Shown here one piece after another: positions 10,046 to 19,038 of a stretch of 64,000 nt of DNA (position 1 is the stretch's first letter; each line of letters starts with the position of its first letter). The position numbers were made by a program, and so were the translations under genes. The notes under the pieces are model-generated. The model searched no databases. It saw only the letters and a program-made list of their open reading frames with translations, and was not told where the DNA came from. Location: the NCBI GenBank assembly GCA_947589345.1, contig CANQAC010000001.1, positions 54,757-118,756 on the forward strand, given 5' to 3'. The DNA is from an uncultured Akkermansia sp. Its GTDB lineage: Bacteria; Verrucomicrobiota; Verrucomicrobiia; Verrucomicrobiales; Akkermansiaceae.

Positions 10046-11287
10046 ATGCCTCAAGTCCCCATCCTCATGCCCCAACTCGGCGAATCCATCACGGAGGCGA
10101 CCATTATGCATTTCCTGCTTCAACCCGGCGATACGGTGCAGGCGGATCAGGAGGTGCTGGAGGTGGAGACCAATAAGGCGGTGATGGGCGTGACGACCGC
10201 CTGCGGCGGCAAGCTGCTTTCCTTCTCGGTTGCCGAGGGTGAATGCGTTCCGGTCGGCGCCGTTTTGGGGATTATCGAGGCATCTCAAGAGGAGGTGGAT
10301 CGCTGCGGTGTGCAGACGCTGGAGGAGACCCACGCGCCTCTCCCCCATGCCACCACCCCCGCAGAAACGACCCCGGACGCCGGGGCTCATTTCCGCACGG
10401 AGGGCGAGTACCGCGAGGAAAGCGAGCCTTCTCGAATCCACCCCTCAGGCAAGGGGCTGCCGGTGCCCATCGGCGTGCGCGGCGCCCACTACCTCTCCCC
10501 GCGCATCCGCGCCCGCATGGACGAGCTCGGCATCACGGAGGCGGATATGGCCTACATCGTCGGCACCGGGGCAGGGGGGCGCATCACGATTGATGATTTC
10601 GAAAAGTTCTTGGAGTACGTGGACGGCTGGCCCTCCCGCCAGGCGAGTCCCATGCGCCGCAGTGTGGCGGACAGCATGCAGCGCACCTGGCGACGTCCGA
10701 TCGCGAGCGCCGGTCGCCCGGTGTACATGGGACCCATCATCATGCACCGCAAGAGCCACCCCCGCCGCCCCGGCTACACGCTCTACTTCGTGCGCGCCCT
10801 CGCCCTCGCCCTCGCCGAGGCTCCGGAATGCGCGGGCTACATGGTGGGCGGTCGTATCCTCACGCCGAAGCGCATCGACTTGGGCGTGGCCGTGCAGGTG
10901 ACGGACGGCGTGCTGGTGCCGGTGATGCGCAATGTGGATCGCTACACGCTGGATGAACAGATCGACGAGTTCAATAAAATTGTCCACCAGGCCCGCAGCC
11001 GCAGACTGGATGACGCTTACAAGGGTGGCGGCATTGCCACGGTGACGAATTTCGGAGGCTTCGGTCTCACCTTCGGCACGCCCATGCCCTTGCCCAGCGA
11101 GAGTCTCATTCTCGGTGTCGGCGCTGTGCAGAAAACTCCGGTCTGGAGCGATGAAGTGCAGTGCTTCATCCCCGTGGAGCAGGCGAACATCTCTGCCTCC
11201 TTCGATCACCGCGTGGTCGATGGCGGCGATATAGGCCGCCTCATGCAGCGCATTGCCTACTACCTCGAACACCCCGAACTCCTGTAA
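10046..11287 (+). CDS. 2-oxoacid dehydrogenase E2 (dihydrolipoamide acyltransferase)
   Basis: One lipoyl domain (EVETNKA), E3-binding GTGAGGRIT..D, catalytic SFDHRVVDG. No E3 (lpd) gene in this operon. Confidence 0.92.
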   Translation: MPQVPILMPQLGESITEATIMHFLLQPGDTVQADQEVLEVETNKAVMGVTTACGGKLLSFSVAEGECVPVGAVLGIIEASQEEVDRCGVQTLEETHAPLPHATTPAETTPDAGAHFRTEGEYREESEPSRIHPSGKGLPVPIGVRGAHYLSPRIRARMDELGITEADMAYIVGTGAGGRITIDDFEKFLEYVDGWPSRQASPMRRSVADSMQRTWRRPIASAGRPVYMGPIIMHRKSHPRRPGYTLYFVRALALALAEAPECAGYMVGGRILTPKRIDLGVAVQVTDGVLVPVMRNVDRYTLDEQIDEFNKIVHQARSRRLDDAYKGGGIATVTNFGGFGLTFGTPMPLPSESLILGVGAVQKTPVWSDEVQCFIPVEQANISASFDHRVVDGGDIGRLMQRIAYYLEHPELL

Positions 11288-11303
11288 TTTTTCCCCACCG
11301 TCC

Positions 11304-11345
11304 ATCGTAAATCGTAAATGTCTTATCGTAAATCGTAAATGAAAT
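11304..11345 (+). repeat. Heptamer tandem array: ATCGTAA x2, ATGTCTT, ATCGTAA x2, ATGAAAT
   Basis: Read directly; 7-nt register is kept across degenerate units. Confidence 0.95.
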
Positions 11346-11351
11346 TGTAGT

Positions 11352-11711
11352 ATGGACAAAGAAGAAATGGCGAAAAGAACAGCGAAGTTCGGGTTGCGTG
11401 TTGTGAAACTGTATCTGACGTTGGAGCAGGAAAAAAACGGGGCAGCGAATGTCATCGGCAAGCAGTTGCTGCGTTGCTCGACATCCGTTGGGGCGAATTA
11501 TCGAGCTGCGCTGCACGCAAAGAGTCGTGCGGACTTTTTGAACAAGATCAAAATCTGCGAAGAAGAAGCGGATGAAAGCGAGTACTGGCTTGAGTTGCTG
11601 GTTCAAGCAGGCTTAGTAAGCGCAGCCAAGGTGCGCAACTTGCGCGCAGAAGCTCATGAACTTTCCTGTATCATCTCAGCTACCGCCAAATCCACGCGCA
11701 CCGCGCGCTAA
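11352..11711 (+). CDS. Four helix bundle protein (TIGR02436 / 23S rRNA IVS / bAvd-like family)
   Basis: IGKQLLRCSTSVGANYRAA...S..DF.NKIKICEEEADESEYWLELL is the family signature. Confidence 0.92.
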   Translation: MDKEEMAKRTAKFGLRVVKLYLTLEQEKNGAANVIGKQLLRCSTSVGANYRAALHAKSRADFLNKIKICEEEADESEYWLELLVQAGLVSAAKVRNLRAEAHELSCIISATAKSTRTAR

Positions 11712-11727
11712 AATTTAAATCGTAAAT
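11712..11727 (+). repeat. Heptamer units immediately after the four-helix-bundle stop codon (AATTTAA ATCGTAA AT)
   Basis: ATCGTAA at 11719-11725. Confidence 0.8.
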
Positions 11728-11827
11728 AGGCGCCCAGCCGCTTTCCTCATAACACTCTGCCATGATTGATCCCGCCACCAATGCTTTTGCATTGCATTTC
11801 CCGCGCCTCCGGCGCGCTAGCATCCAA

Positions 11828-11862
11828 ATCGTAAATCGTAAATCGTAAATCGTAAATGAAAT
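11828..11862 (+). repeat. Heptamer tandem array ATCGTAA x4 + ATGAAAT directly upstream of lpxI
   Basis: Four perfect units at 11828-11855, then ATGAAAT overlapping the lpxI ATG. Confidence 0.95.
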
Positions 11863-13024
11863 GATTTCATTTCCAAACGCCGCTGGTATGACTCTCGGTC
11901 TATTGGCCGGTGCGGGTGAATACCCCCTCATGGTGGCTCAGGGTGCTCGCCGTGCCGGCGTTCGGGTCGTTTGCGCCGGTTTCCGCGGTGCGGTGGGACG
12001 CGATCTTCCTCCGCTTTGCGATGTGTTCCGTTCCTTCCGCGTGGGAGCGGTGGAGAAGCCGCGTGATTTCTTCCGCGAGCAGGGGGTCACCCATGTGATG
12101 ATGGCGGGACAGATCAAGCCCGCCTGTATCTACACGATGTGGCCGGATGCCACGGCTCGCCGCTTACTTGCTTCCATGGACCGCCGCAACGCGCATACGA
12201 TTTTCGGTGCCGTCTGTCGCTACGCCCAGCAGGAGTGCGGCTGGGAGGTTCTCCCTTCCACCACGTTCATGGAGGACTTCCTGCCCGCCGCCGGACACCT
12301 TGCCGGTCCGTCACCAACCCCTGAGCAGGTGGAGGAGGCGGCGCACGGCCTTGCCCTCGCCCGCCGCATTGCCCGTCTCGATATCGGACAGAGCCTCATC
12401 GTGCACGGCGACCGTGTCGTCTGCGTGGAGGGTTACAAGGGCACCAACGAGTGCATCTGGGAGGGCGCGGGTTCCTCGGATTCCCCGACCACGCTCTGCA
12501 AGGTCTCCAAGCCCGGACACGACATGCGCTTCGACGTTCCCTGCATTGGTCTGGACACCATCCGCCACTGCATCCGCTGCCATGTGCGCCACATCGCCCT
12601 GCAGGCTCATAGCACTATCATTTTCCAACGCGAGCAGGTTCTGCGACTCTGCAATGAACACGGCATCCTGCTGCAGGCGGTCGATCTCCCCTCCGAGCCG
12701 GAGCAGCTTCTTCCTTCTCTCTTCTCCGACCGCGACCACGCGCTCTTTCTCGCCCGCGAGCTCGATTCCCTCGGCATCGGCGGCAGCGCCGTCGTGTGTG
12801 AGGGCGTTGTCATCGCTGTGGAAGATCCCGACGGACTCGCCAAATGCCTCCGCCGAGCCGGTCGCTACATGAAGCGCATCCGCTTCATCCGCCTTGTCAA
12901 CTTCCTCATCCGTCTCCTCCTCCATCGCTCCTCCACTCCTCCCTCTCCCCCCACTCTCGCGACTCTCCGTCCCCTCTCCGATTCCGACCAAAAACTCGCG
13001 CGTAAGTACGGAATCTCATTTTGA
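11861..13024 (+). CDS. lpxI: UDP-2,3-diacylglucosamine pyrophosphatase LpxI with C-terminal extension
   Basis: LGLLAGAGEYP, MAGQIKP, LDIGQS, VEGYKGT, KVSKPGHDMRFDVPCIG motifs. Confidence 0.88.
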   Translation: MISFPNAAGMTLGLLAGAGEYPLMVAQGARRAGVRVVCAGFRGAVGRDLPPLCDVFRSFRVGAVEKPRDFFREQGVTHVMMAGQIKPACIYTMWPDATARRLLASMDRRNAHTIFGAVCRYAQQECGWEVLPSTTFMEDFLPAAGHLAGPSPTPEQVEEAAHGLALARRIARLDIGQSLIVHGDRVVCVEGYKGTNECIWEGAGSSDSPTTLCKVSKPGHDMRFDVPCIGLDTIRHCIRCHVRHIALQAHSTIIFQREQVLRLCNEHGILLQAVDLPSEPEQLLPSLFSDRDHALFLARELDSLGIGGSAVVCEGVVIAVEDPDGLAKCLRRAGRYMKRIRFIRLVNFLIRLLLHRSSTPPSPPTLATLRPLSDSDQKLARKYGISF

Positions 13025-13235
13025 CCCCACAATACCCTGTACCCCGGTGCCGAATCGTATTTTCTTGTGCGCTGGCCCTAGTTTTTATTCTTGATTTGTC
13101 CTGTAGCTTCTTCCACTAAAGGTGCCTCAGGAGTCGAAGTTTGACTCGTAGAGGAGCTAGACTCCTTGGCACGCGTCAACACTCCGGCTCCTTCTTTTTC
13201 TGAATCGTACAACGCCGTAAGTGAGCACCACTATG

Positions 13236-13300
13236 TGCCTTGGATTTTTCTTGTGGAAATCCGCTTGCCGTGCCAGAACATCATCAAGCGCGGCTCCCAC
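13236..13300 (+). repeat. 65-bp imperfect direct repeat, copy 1 (copy 2 at 14497-14561)
   Basis: 54/65 ungapped identity; the last 26 bp (AGAACATCATCAAGCGCGGCTCCCAC) are identical. Confidence 0.9.
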
Positions 13301-13504
13301 TTCCTTCAAGTGGACGAATGACTCAAGTGCGTAGCTTGTGGCGAGGTGCAATGCTTTCCGCTTGTCCTGAGTCACACATTTTGGTTTTGTCATTAGATGT
13401 TTTTTCTTGACTGTATGATGGCTCGTGCTACAATCGCGACTAATCTTGACTAACTGGTTCATCCTCATTCTGAAAACTAATTCTACACCTCTAATCTTAA
13501 TACT

Positions 13505-13903
13505 ATGATAAACAATAAGTTGCAATATAAGTTATGGCTTAAGCAAACTCTCCGTCTCTTGGTGGCCTCACTGACTTGTTTAGGGATTGCATCGTGCTCA
13601 CTTTTTTCCTCTGGGTCTCAAACCGTCTTAGTAAGCTCCAGCGATCCTGAAGCTATTCTCCGGGCAGACGGACAGTACGTCGGTAAGGGTTCCGGTTCTG
13701 CCACTCTGAAAAAGAACAAAACTCACATCATTACGGCTCAGAATGGGACGAAGCAAGGGGCTGCCGTGCTGGACAGCGAGATGTCAGTAACGGGAGTATT
13801 GGATTTAGTCGGGGGCATTTGCTTCCTTTTCCCGTTTCTCGGATTCTTGAGCAAAGGGGCATGGACCCTTGACAAAGACGCCGTTTACGTGGAGGTTCAC
13901 TAA
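13505..13903 (+). CDS. Putative lipoprotein with PEGA-like beta domain and C-terminal hydrophobic segment
   Basis: Basic N-terminus, lipobox LGIASC, V.VSSSDPEA.LRADGQYVGKG, C-terminal hydrophobic stretch. Confidence 0.7.
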   Translation: MINNKLQYKLWLKQTLRLLVASLTCLGIASCSLFSSGSQTVLVSSSDPEAILRADGQYVGKGSGSATLKKNKTHIITAQNGTKQGAAVLDSEMSVTGVLDLVGGICFLFPFLGFLSKGAWTLDKDAVYVEVH

Positions 13904-13935
13904 TTCATGAATTTGCCTCCGCTTTATTTTTTCAC

Positions 13936-13962
13936 AAGGCTAGTCTAGGACTAGCCTTTTCT
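13936..13962 (+). terminator. Rho-independent terminator
   Basis: AAGGCTAGTC-TAG-GACTAGCCTT perfect stem followed by a T-rich tail. Confidence 0.85.
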
Positions 13963-14040
13963 TTATAATGATGCCGGAATTTAGGACAGAGAGTTAAGCC
14001 CCCTTTAGCTTGTGCAACACAACGAGGAGGTCTTGGGCGA

Positions 14041-14379
14041 ATGCTTCCGCCGTTAGCGGACGCTAACTATGCTGACGTGTATTCCGGCGTCACTCCTCTT
14101 ATGCTTCTCGCAGAGAAGCCTGACAGTTGTGCAGACGATGTTCATTTCCTTGTCGAGAACGGGGCGGAAGTGCATCGACGTTCTTATGCCGATGAATCTG
14201 CACTGGGTGTTTATTGTCGAAGCCAACGACCGGATCTAGCGTTGGCCCTTATTTCGCATTTCTCTGATATACGCTACGAAGATGCCGGACACACCATTTC
14301 TTCCCTCCACCTCGCCCGCCGATATAATCTGCCTGAGCTTGTTCAAACACTACTCGCTCGCGGCGCGGTAGACGAGTAA
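14041..14379 (+). CDS. Short ankyrin-repeat protein (possibly 5'-truncated)
   Basis: GVTPLMLLA, FLVENGAEV, LHLARRYNLPELVQTLLARGA; AGGAGG at 14025-14030. Confidence 0.7.
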   Translation: MLPPLADANYADVYSGVTPLMLLAEKPDSCADDVHFLVENGAEVHRRSYADESALGVYCRSQRPDLALALISHFSDIRYEDAGHTISSLHLARRYNLPELVQTLLARGAVDE

Positions 14380-14496
14380 GTGTTTGTGGTGCGTCCGAGG
14401 CTGATTTGATGCGTCGCGTTTTTGGCAATGCACATAAATGATTGTAGGGAAGAGTCGCCGCGATCTCACTCACTCCTTTTTTACCGCTTGTTTGGT

Positions 14497-14561
14497 TGCC
14501 CCATATTTTCCTTGTGCGAATCCGTTTGTCGTACTAGAACATCATCAAGCGCGGCTCCCAC
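14497..14561 (+). repeat. 65-bp imperfect direct repeat, copy 2
   Basis: See copy 1 at 13236-13300. Confidence 0.9.
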
Positions 14562-14699
14562 CTCTTTTCGGCTACCGAACGAATCAGCTTCCTAGCTCGC
14601 AGCGGGGCACATCGCTCCCCGTTTGTCACCCGCGCTTGATTGTTTTTCTGCATTTTTGCGTTTTGATGAATTTTCTCCTGTTCCTCGCACGCTCTTTTC

Positions 14700-14728
14700 T
14701 TGAAATTTCGAGATCTATATGCTAGATT
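14700..14728 (+). promoter_or_regulatory. sigma70 promoter for mod-res (leaderless geometry)
   Basis: TTGAAA-N17-TAGATT-N6-ATG(14735). Confidence 0.7.
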
Positions 14729-14734
14729 CCGGGC

Positions 14735-16417
14735 ATGCCGATATTACAGTGGTTGACAAGAGAGACGGACGTGAGAGCTGCCGCGCAGGTGCCTTTCCGG
14801 GTGTTGGAGGAGGACGCTTCTTTGGGGTATGGAGAGGCGGGTACGGAGAACATGTTGATTCAGGGGGATAATCTCGATGCCCTCAAGGCTTTGCTTCCCT
14901 ACTATGCTGGGCAGGTGAAGTGCATTTACATTGATCCTCCGTATAATACAGGACACGCCTTTGAGCATTATGATGACAATGTGGAACATTCGCAGTGGCT
15001 GTCGTTGATGTATCCGAGATTGGAGTTGCTACGCCGATTTTTGAGCACTGAGGGTAGTCTCTGGGTGAATTGTGACGATAATGAAGCCCACTATCTGAAG
15101 GTGATCATGGATGAGTTGTTTGGACGCAATAATTTTCTGGCGGATGTTTCCTGGCAGAGAACGTATTCAACTCGCAACGATGCCAAGGGGATAGTGACAG
15201 AGGTGGAGCATATCCTAGCCTACGGAAGCAAGCCTGATTGGATGCCCAATAAGTTGCCTCGCACGGCTGAAATGGATGCTAAGTACAAGAATCCGGATAA
15301 TGACGTCATGCCATGGCGAAGTGATAATCCCTTTGCACCGGGAGCTTTGACACACCAAGGAATGGTTTACGCCATCCAACATCCGTTCACAGGGGCAATG
15401 ATTTACCCTAGCAGTGGTGCGTGCTGGAGATATCAACAGGAAATTATGCTTGAACATATGAACGGATGGTGTCCCTACAAATTGGAGGATTTGCATGATG
15501 CAAAGCAACGGGCAAACGTATGTGGTATAGGAGAGAAGGAGGTGAGACCCGGAGTGTTGGGCATTGTGTTGGCAGAGCCTTTGGAGGTGGCAGCTGCGAA
15601 GGCGCAAGCTGTGTACAAACGTGGGCAGTGGCCGCGTTTCTATTTTACCAAGGGAGGAAAGGGCGGCATCGCTCGTAAAACTTATCTCGAAAAGGTCGGC
15701 GGCAGATTGGCGACGAACTTGTGGCCCTACGCAGAAACGGGGCATACGGATGAGGCAAAAAAGGAAATCATTGCTCTCTTCGGATCGGCCATATTCGCCA
15801 CGCCAAAGCCGGAGAGACTTATCCAACGAATTCTCCATGTAGCAACCAATCCCGGTGATCTCGTGATGGATTCTTTTCTGGGCTCCGGAACGACGGCAGC
15901 GGTGGCGCATAAGATGGGACGACAGTACATAGGCATTGAGCTGGGGGAGCATTGCATCACGCATTGCCGCCCGAGGCTGGTGAAGGTAGTTGACGGGGAG
16001 CAAGGAGGCATCAGCAAGGCAGTGGGGTGGCAGGGAGGAGGAGGGTTCCGTTTTTACCGACTCGGGGAACCTTTTTTCAACGAGAAAGGCTTGATCTCTC
16101 GCGATGTGTCGTATAAGAATCTGGCGGTACATATTTGGTTTTCCGAGACCTACAAACCCATGCCGCAAAAGGAGCCGACGGGTGCTTTCCTCGGGGTGCA
16201 GGGGAACACGGCATACGTGGTGTTGCATCACGACATCTGCGGGACGGATGATTTGACTTCGGTGGTATACAGGAAACTGCGACGAGAAATTGACGCAGAA
16301 GCTCCCGGAGTCGAGAAAGTTGTGATATATGGTGAAAGCTGTCGGATGGGGCAGGAGAAGCTGCGGATGGCGGGAGTGATTTTCAAACAGATACCTTACG
16401 ATGTGAAAGGACACTGA
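14735..16417 (+). CDS. mod: Type III R-M N6-adenine methyltransferase (Mod)
   Basis: IQGDNL, YIDPPYNTG (motif IV), TPKPERL, DSFLGSGTT (motif I); beta-class order with a central TRD. Confidence 0.95.
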   Translation: MPILQWLTRETDVRAAAQVPFRVLEEDASLGYGEAGTENMLIQGDNLDALKALLPYYAGQVKCIYIDPPYNTGHAFEHYDDNVEHSQWLSLMYPRLELLRRFLSTEGSLWVNCDDNEAHYLKVIMDELFGRNNFLADVSWQRTYSTRNDAKGIVTEVEHILAYGSKPDWMPNKLPRTAEMDAKYKNPDNDVMPWRSDNPFAPGALTHQGMVYAIQHPFTGAMIYPSSGACWRYQQEIMLEHMNGWCPYKLEDLHDAKQRANVCGIGEKEVRPGVLGIVLAEPLEVAAAKAQAVYKRGQWPRFYFTKGGKGGIARKTYLEKVGGRLATNLWPYAETGHTDEAKKEIIALFGSAIFATPKPERLIQRILHVATNPGDLVMDSFLGSGTTAAVAHKMGRQYIGIELGEHCITHCRPRLVKVVDGEQGGISKAVGWQGGGGFRFYRLGEPFFNEKGLISRDVSYKNLAVHIWFSETYKPMPQKEPTGAFLGVQGNTAYVVLHHDICGTDDLTSVVYRKLRREIDAEAPGVEKVVIYGESCRMGQEKLRMAGVIFKQIPYDVKGH

Positions 16418-16419
16418 TT

Positions 16420-19038
16420 ATGGAACTAAAGAAATACCAGAATAGAACGTTGGACTGTTTACGTGCGTACCTCACGAAGGCTCGTATAGAAGGTCCCCAA
16501 AAGGCGTATGAGGAGCTGACCAAAGCCCCGGAATTGATGCAAAGGTTGGGTGGATTGTTGGGGTACAAGCCACTTCGCGGGTTGGAGAATGTGCCGCGGG
16601 TCTGCCTGAAGATCCCTACCGGCGGAGGTAAGACGATTCTGGCAGCGCATTCGCTGAAGATATTTGCCGATACGTGGTGCAACTGCGAGAATCCGGTGTG
16701 CCTCTGGTTCACGCCATCGGATACCATTCGCAAGCAGACTGTGGAAGCTCTGAAGAATCCGCGTCATCCGTACCGCAAGGTGTTGGATGAGGCGTTTGCG
16801 GGGAAGGTGCAGGTGTTTGACTTGGATGAAAAATTCAACATACGCCTTGCTGATTTGGAGCAGAACATCTGCATCATCGTTAGCACGATGCAAAGTTTCC
16901 GTCAGAGCGATACGGGCAAATACAATGTCTATAAGCATAACGAAAACTTGGAGCCTCATTTTGCCGCGATCTCGCCGGAGGAAGGAATGGAGAAAGATGA
17001 GCAGGGGAAAATCAAATACTCCTTTGCGAATCTGCTGTATCATTATCGTCCCGTAGTCATCGTTGACGAGGCACACAAGGCTGTGACAGAGTTGACCAAG
17101 GAGGTCCATCTGCGCATCAATCCCTGTGCCATTTTGGAGCTGACAGCCACACCTCATACCAACAATAATACGCTGTACAATGTAGAGGCTCTTGAACTGA
17201 AAGACGAAGAAATGATCAAATTGCCTGTCGTTCTGGAAGCTTGCAGGGATTGGGAGGAAGCGATCCAATGGTCTGTAATCCAACAGAAGTACCTAGAAAA
17301 GCAGGCGTCCGGCGAGACGGAGTATATTCGCCCCCTCGTGCTGATCCAAGCGCAGAGTCACCAAAAGGGAGACGAAACGCGAATGACTCCGGATCGGGTG
17401 AAGGAATATTTGATACAGGTGCATGGCATTCCGGAGAAGCAAATAGCTATTGCGACTGGGGATCAGAAGGAGCTGGACGCAGTCGATGTGTTTGACAGGA
17501 CTTGCCCCGTGAGGTTCATCATCACCATTGAAGCACTCAAGGAGGGCTGGGATTGCTCGTTTGCTTACATCCTCTGTTCTCTGACCAATATCAAGAGCAG
17601 TACGGCTATTCAGCAACTTTTGGGGCGTGTGTTGCGTATGCCCTTTGCCAAGAAACGGCAGGTTCCATGTCTCAATAAGGCCTATGCTTACGTTTGCTCC
17701 CCAAGTTTTACTACGGCTGCAGACGATATTGTCCAATGCCTCAGGGATTGTGGTTTCGATGAACGAGTGGCTCCGGCGTGTGTGGAGCAGGTTAAGCGGG
17801 AGGAGTTATTGAAAGGGTTGGGCTACTATGGGACGAGTATTATATTGACATCCGAAGAAGCGTATGAAGCACGTGAATCGGAAAATGTATATATGGAGGA
17901 CGAAGGTGAAGGTCGAAAACGTGTGTGGGTGACCATGCATGCTACAGAGGAGGAAGTAAATCGATTTGCAGAAAAGCTTCCCCCGGAGAAAAAGGAGGCA
18001 GCTCGTCACTTTGCAAGCTCGTTGAGACCGCCCCAGCCCCCGAAACTGCACGAGTCTCGAGAGCCTTTCCGTGTGCCGCGTTTGATGGTTGCACTGCAGG
18101 GGGAACTGATTCCTGCGGATACGGATGATATGGTTGAAGCTTTCGCGTGGGATATTAACAAGTATGCTACGGATAAGATTAAGCCGAATGAGATCACCCG
18201 GGATACGCATGGAACAACGGTTCAGATCGATATTGTGGGGAACGCTATTCAAAAATCAACAATTGGCATCATGTATGACACGAAGGATCAAGGCGATTTT
18301 GGATTTGAAGAGGGAACGGTTCCTGATGGGTGGACTCAGCCGGCGTTGGTGTATTGGCTGGATCAGAAGCTGCGTCAGAGTGATATCAACCAAACGCAGA
18401 TGGTGAAGTGGCTTTCGAGAGTTGTACATGATTTGATGGAAGAAGAAAGATTGACCATTGAACAACTCATGAATGCCAAGTATTCCCTTGCGCAGGTTCT
18501 GCGGGAGAGAATACAAAAAGCGCGGGAGAAAATGCGCTATTCGGTGTACCAACGTTGTCTGTTCGGACAGGATGCACGTGTTGAGCTCGATTTTGACAAC
18601 GGGTTTGAGTTTCGCGACGATATGTATGCCGATGCAATTCCTTATACAGGGAATTATATTTTCCGGAAACATTTCCTATCACGTATTCCTGCATTTGACG
18701 GAAAAGAAGATGGAGAGGAAATTGAGTGCGCAAAGATTCTTGATTCGTTGGATGAGGTGAAGTATTGGATACGGAATAAAGCCCTCGACCCCGCCTCCTT
18801 CTCCCTGCCGACAGCTTCCGGTCGATTCTACCCGGATTTCATTGCCCTGCTCAATGACGGACGTATTTTCGTGCTGGAGTATAAAGGGGCTAACCTGCTC
18901 ACCAATGAAGATACCGCCGAGAAAGCCGCTATAGGCAAGCTCTGGGAAAATCACAGTCACGGCAAGGGCTTCTTCATAATCGCTAACGGCTCAAAGGAGC
19001 CCGGATTCAGGAATAAGCTCAGGGAGAAAATGCTATGA
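16420..19038 (+). CDS. res: Type III R-M restriction subunit (SF2 helicase + PD-(D/E)XK nuclease)
   Basis: KIPTGGGKT, IVDEAH, LKEGWD, QLLGRVLR, C-terminal FYPDF..LLNDG.IFVLEYKG. Confidence 0.92.
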   Translation: MELKKYQNRTLDCLRAYLTKARIEGPQKAYEELTKAPELMQRLGGLLGYKPLRGLENVPRVCLKIPTGGGKTILAAHSLKIFADTWCNCENPVCLWFTPSDTIRKQTVEALKNPRHPYRKVLDEAFAGKVQVFDLDEKFNIRLADLEQNICIIVSTMQSFRQSDTGKYNVYKHNENLEPHFAAISPEEGMEKDEQGKIKYSFANLLYHYRPVVIVDEAHKAVTELTKEVHLRINPCAILELTATPHTNNNTLYNVEALELKDEEMIKLPVVLEACRDWEEAIQWSVIQQKYLEKQASGETEYIRPLVLIQAQSHQKGDETRMTPDRVKEYLIQVHGIPEKQIAIATGDQKELDAVDVFDRTCPVRFIITIEALKEGWDCSFAYILCSLTNIKSSTAIQQLLGRVLRMPFAKKRQVPCLNKAYAYVCSPSFTTAADDIVQCLRDCGFDERVAPACVEQVKREELLKGLGYYGTSIILTSEEAYEARESENVYMEDEGEGRKRVWVTMHATEEEVNRFAEKLPPEKKEAARHFASSLRPPQPPKLHESREPFRVPRLMVALQGELIPADTDDMVEAFAWDINKYATDKIKPNEITRDTHGTTVQIDIVGNAIQKSTIGIMYDTKDQGDFGFEEGTVPDGWTQPALVYWLDQKLRQSDINQTQMVKWLSRVVHDLMEEERLTIEQLMNAKYSLAQVLRERIQKAREKMRYSVYQRCLFGQDARVELDFDNGFEFRDDMYADAIPYTGNYIFRKHFLSRIPAFDGKEDGEEIECAKILDSLDEVKYWIRNKALDPASFSLPTASGRFYPDFIALLNDGRIFVLEYKGANLLTNEDTAEKAAIGKLWENHSHGKGFFIIANGSKEPGFRNKLREKML

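Noticed and set aside
11352-11711. Diversity-generating retroelement suggested by the bAvd-like four-helix-bundle gene
   Set aside because: No reverse transcriptase and no TR/VR repeat pair with adenine-specific mismatches in the window.
7986-12991. Long overlapping ORFs (7986-9005 -, 8572-10176 +, 8972-10441 -, 10445-11461 -, 12311-12991 -)
   Set aside because: Shadow frames of well-supported GC-rich genes; no motifs and low-complexity Arg/Gly/Ala composition.
13120-13150. TTCGACTCCTGAGGCACC on the minus strand resembling a tRNA 3' end (att site) at the island's left border
   Set aside because: The T-stem does not pair, the spacing to the GCACC end is too short, and it does not match tRNA-Thr at 50591.
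13157-13525. 122-aa minus-strand ORF containing the 65-bp repeat (EVGAALDDVL...)
   Set aside because: The second copy is flanked by stops in the same frame and substitutions are mostly non-synonymous; coding is not supported.
14735-16417. Phase-variable type III mod (phasevarion)
   Set aside because: No simple-sequence repeat tract was found in or upstream of mod.
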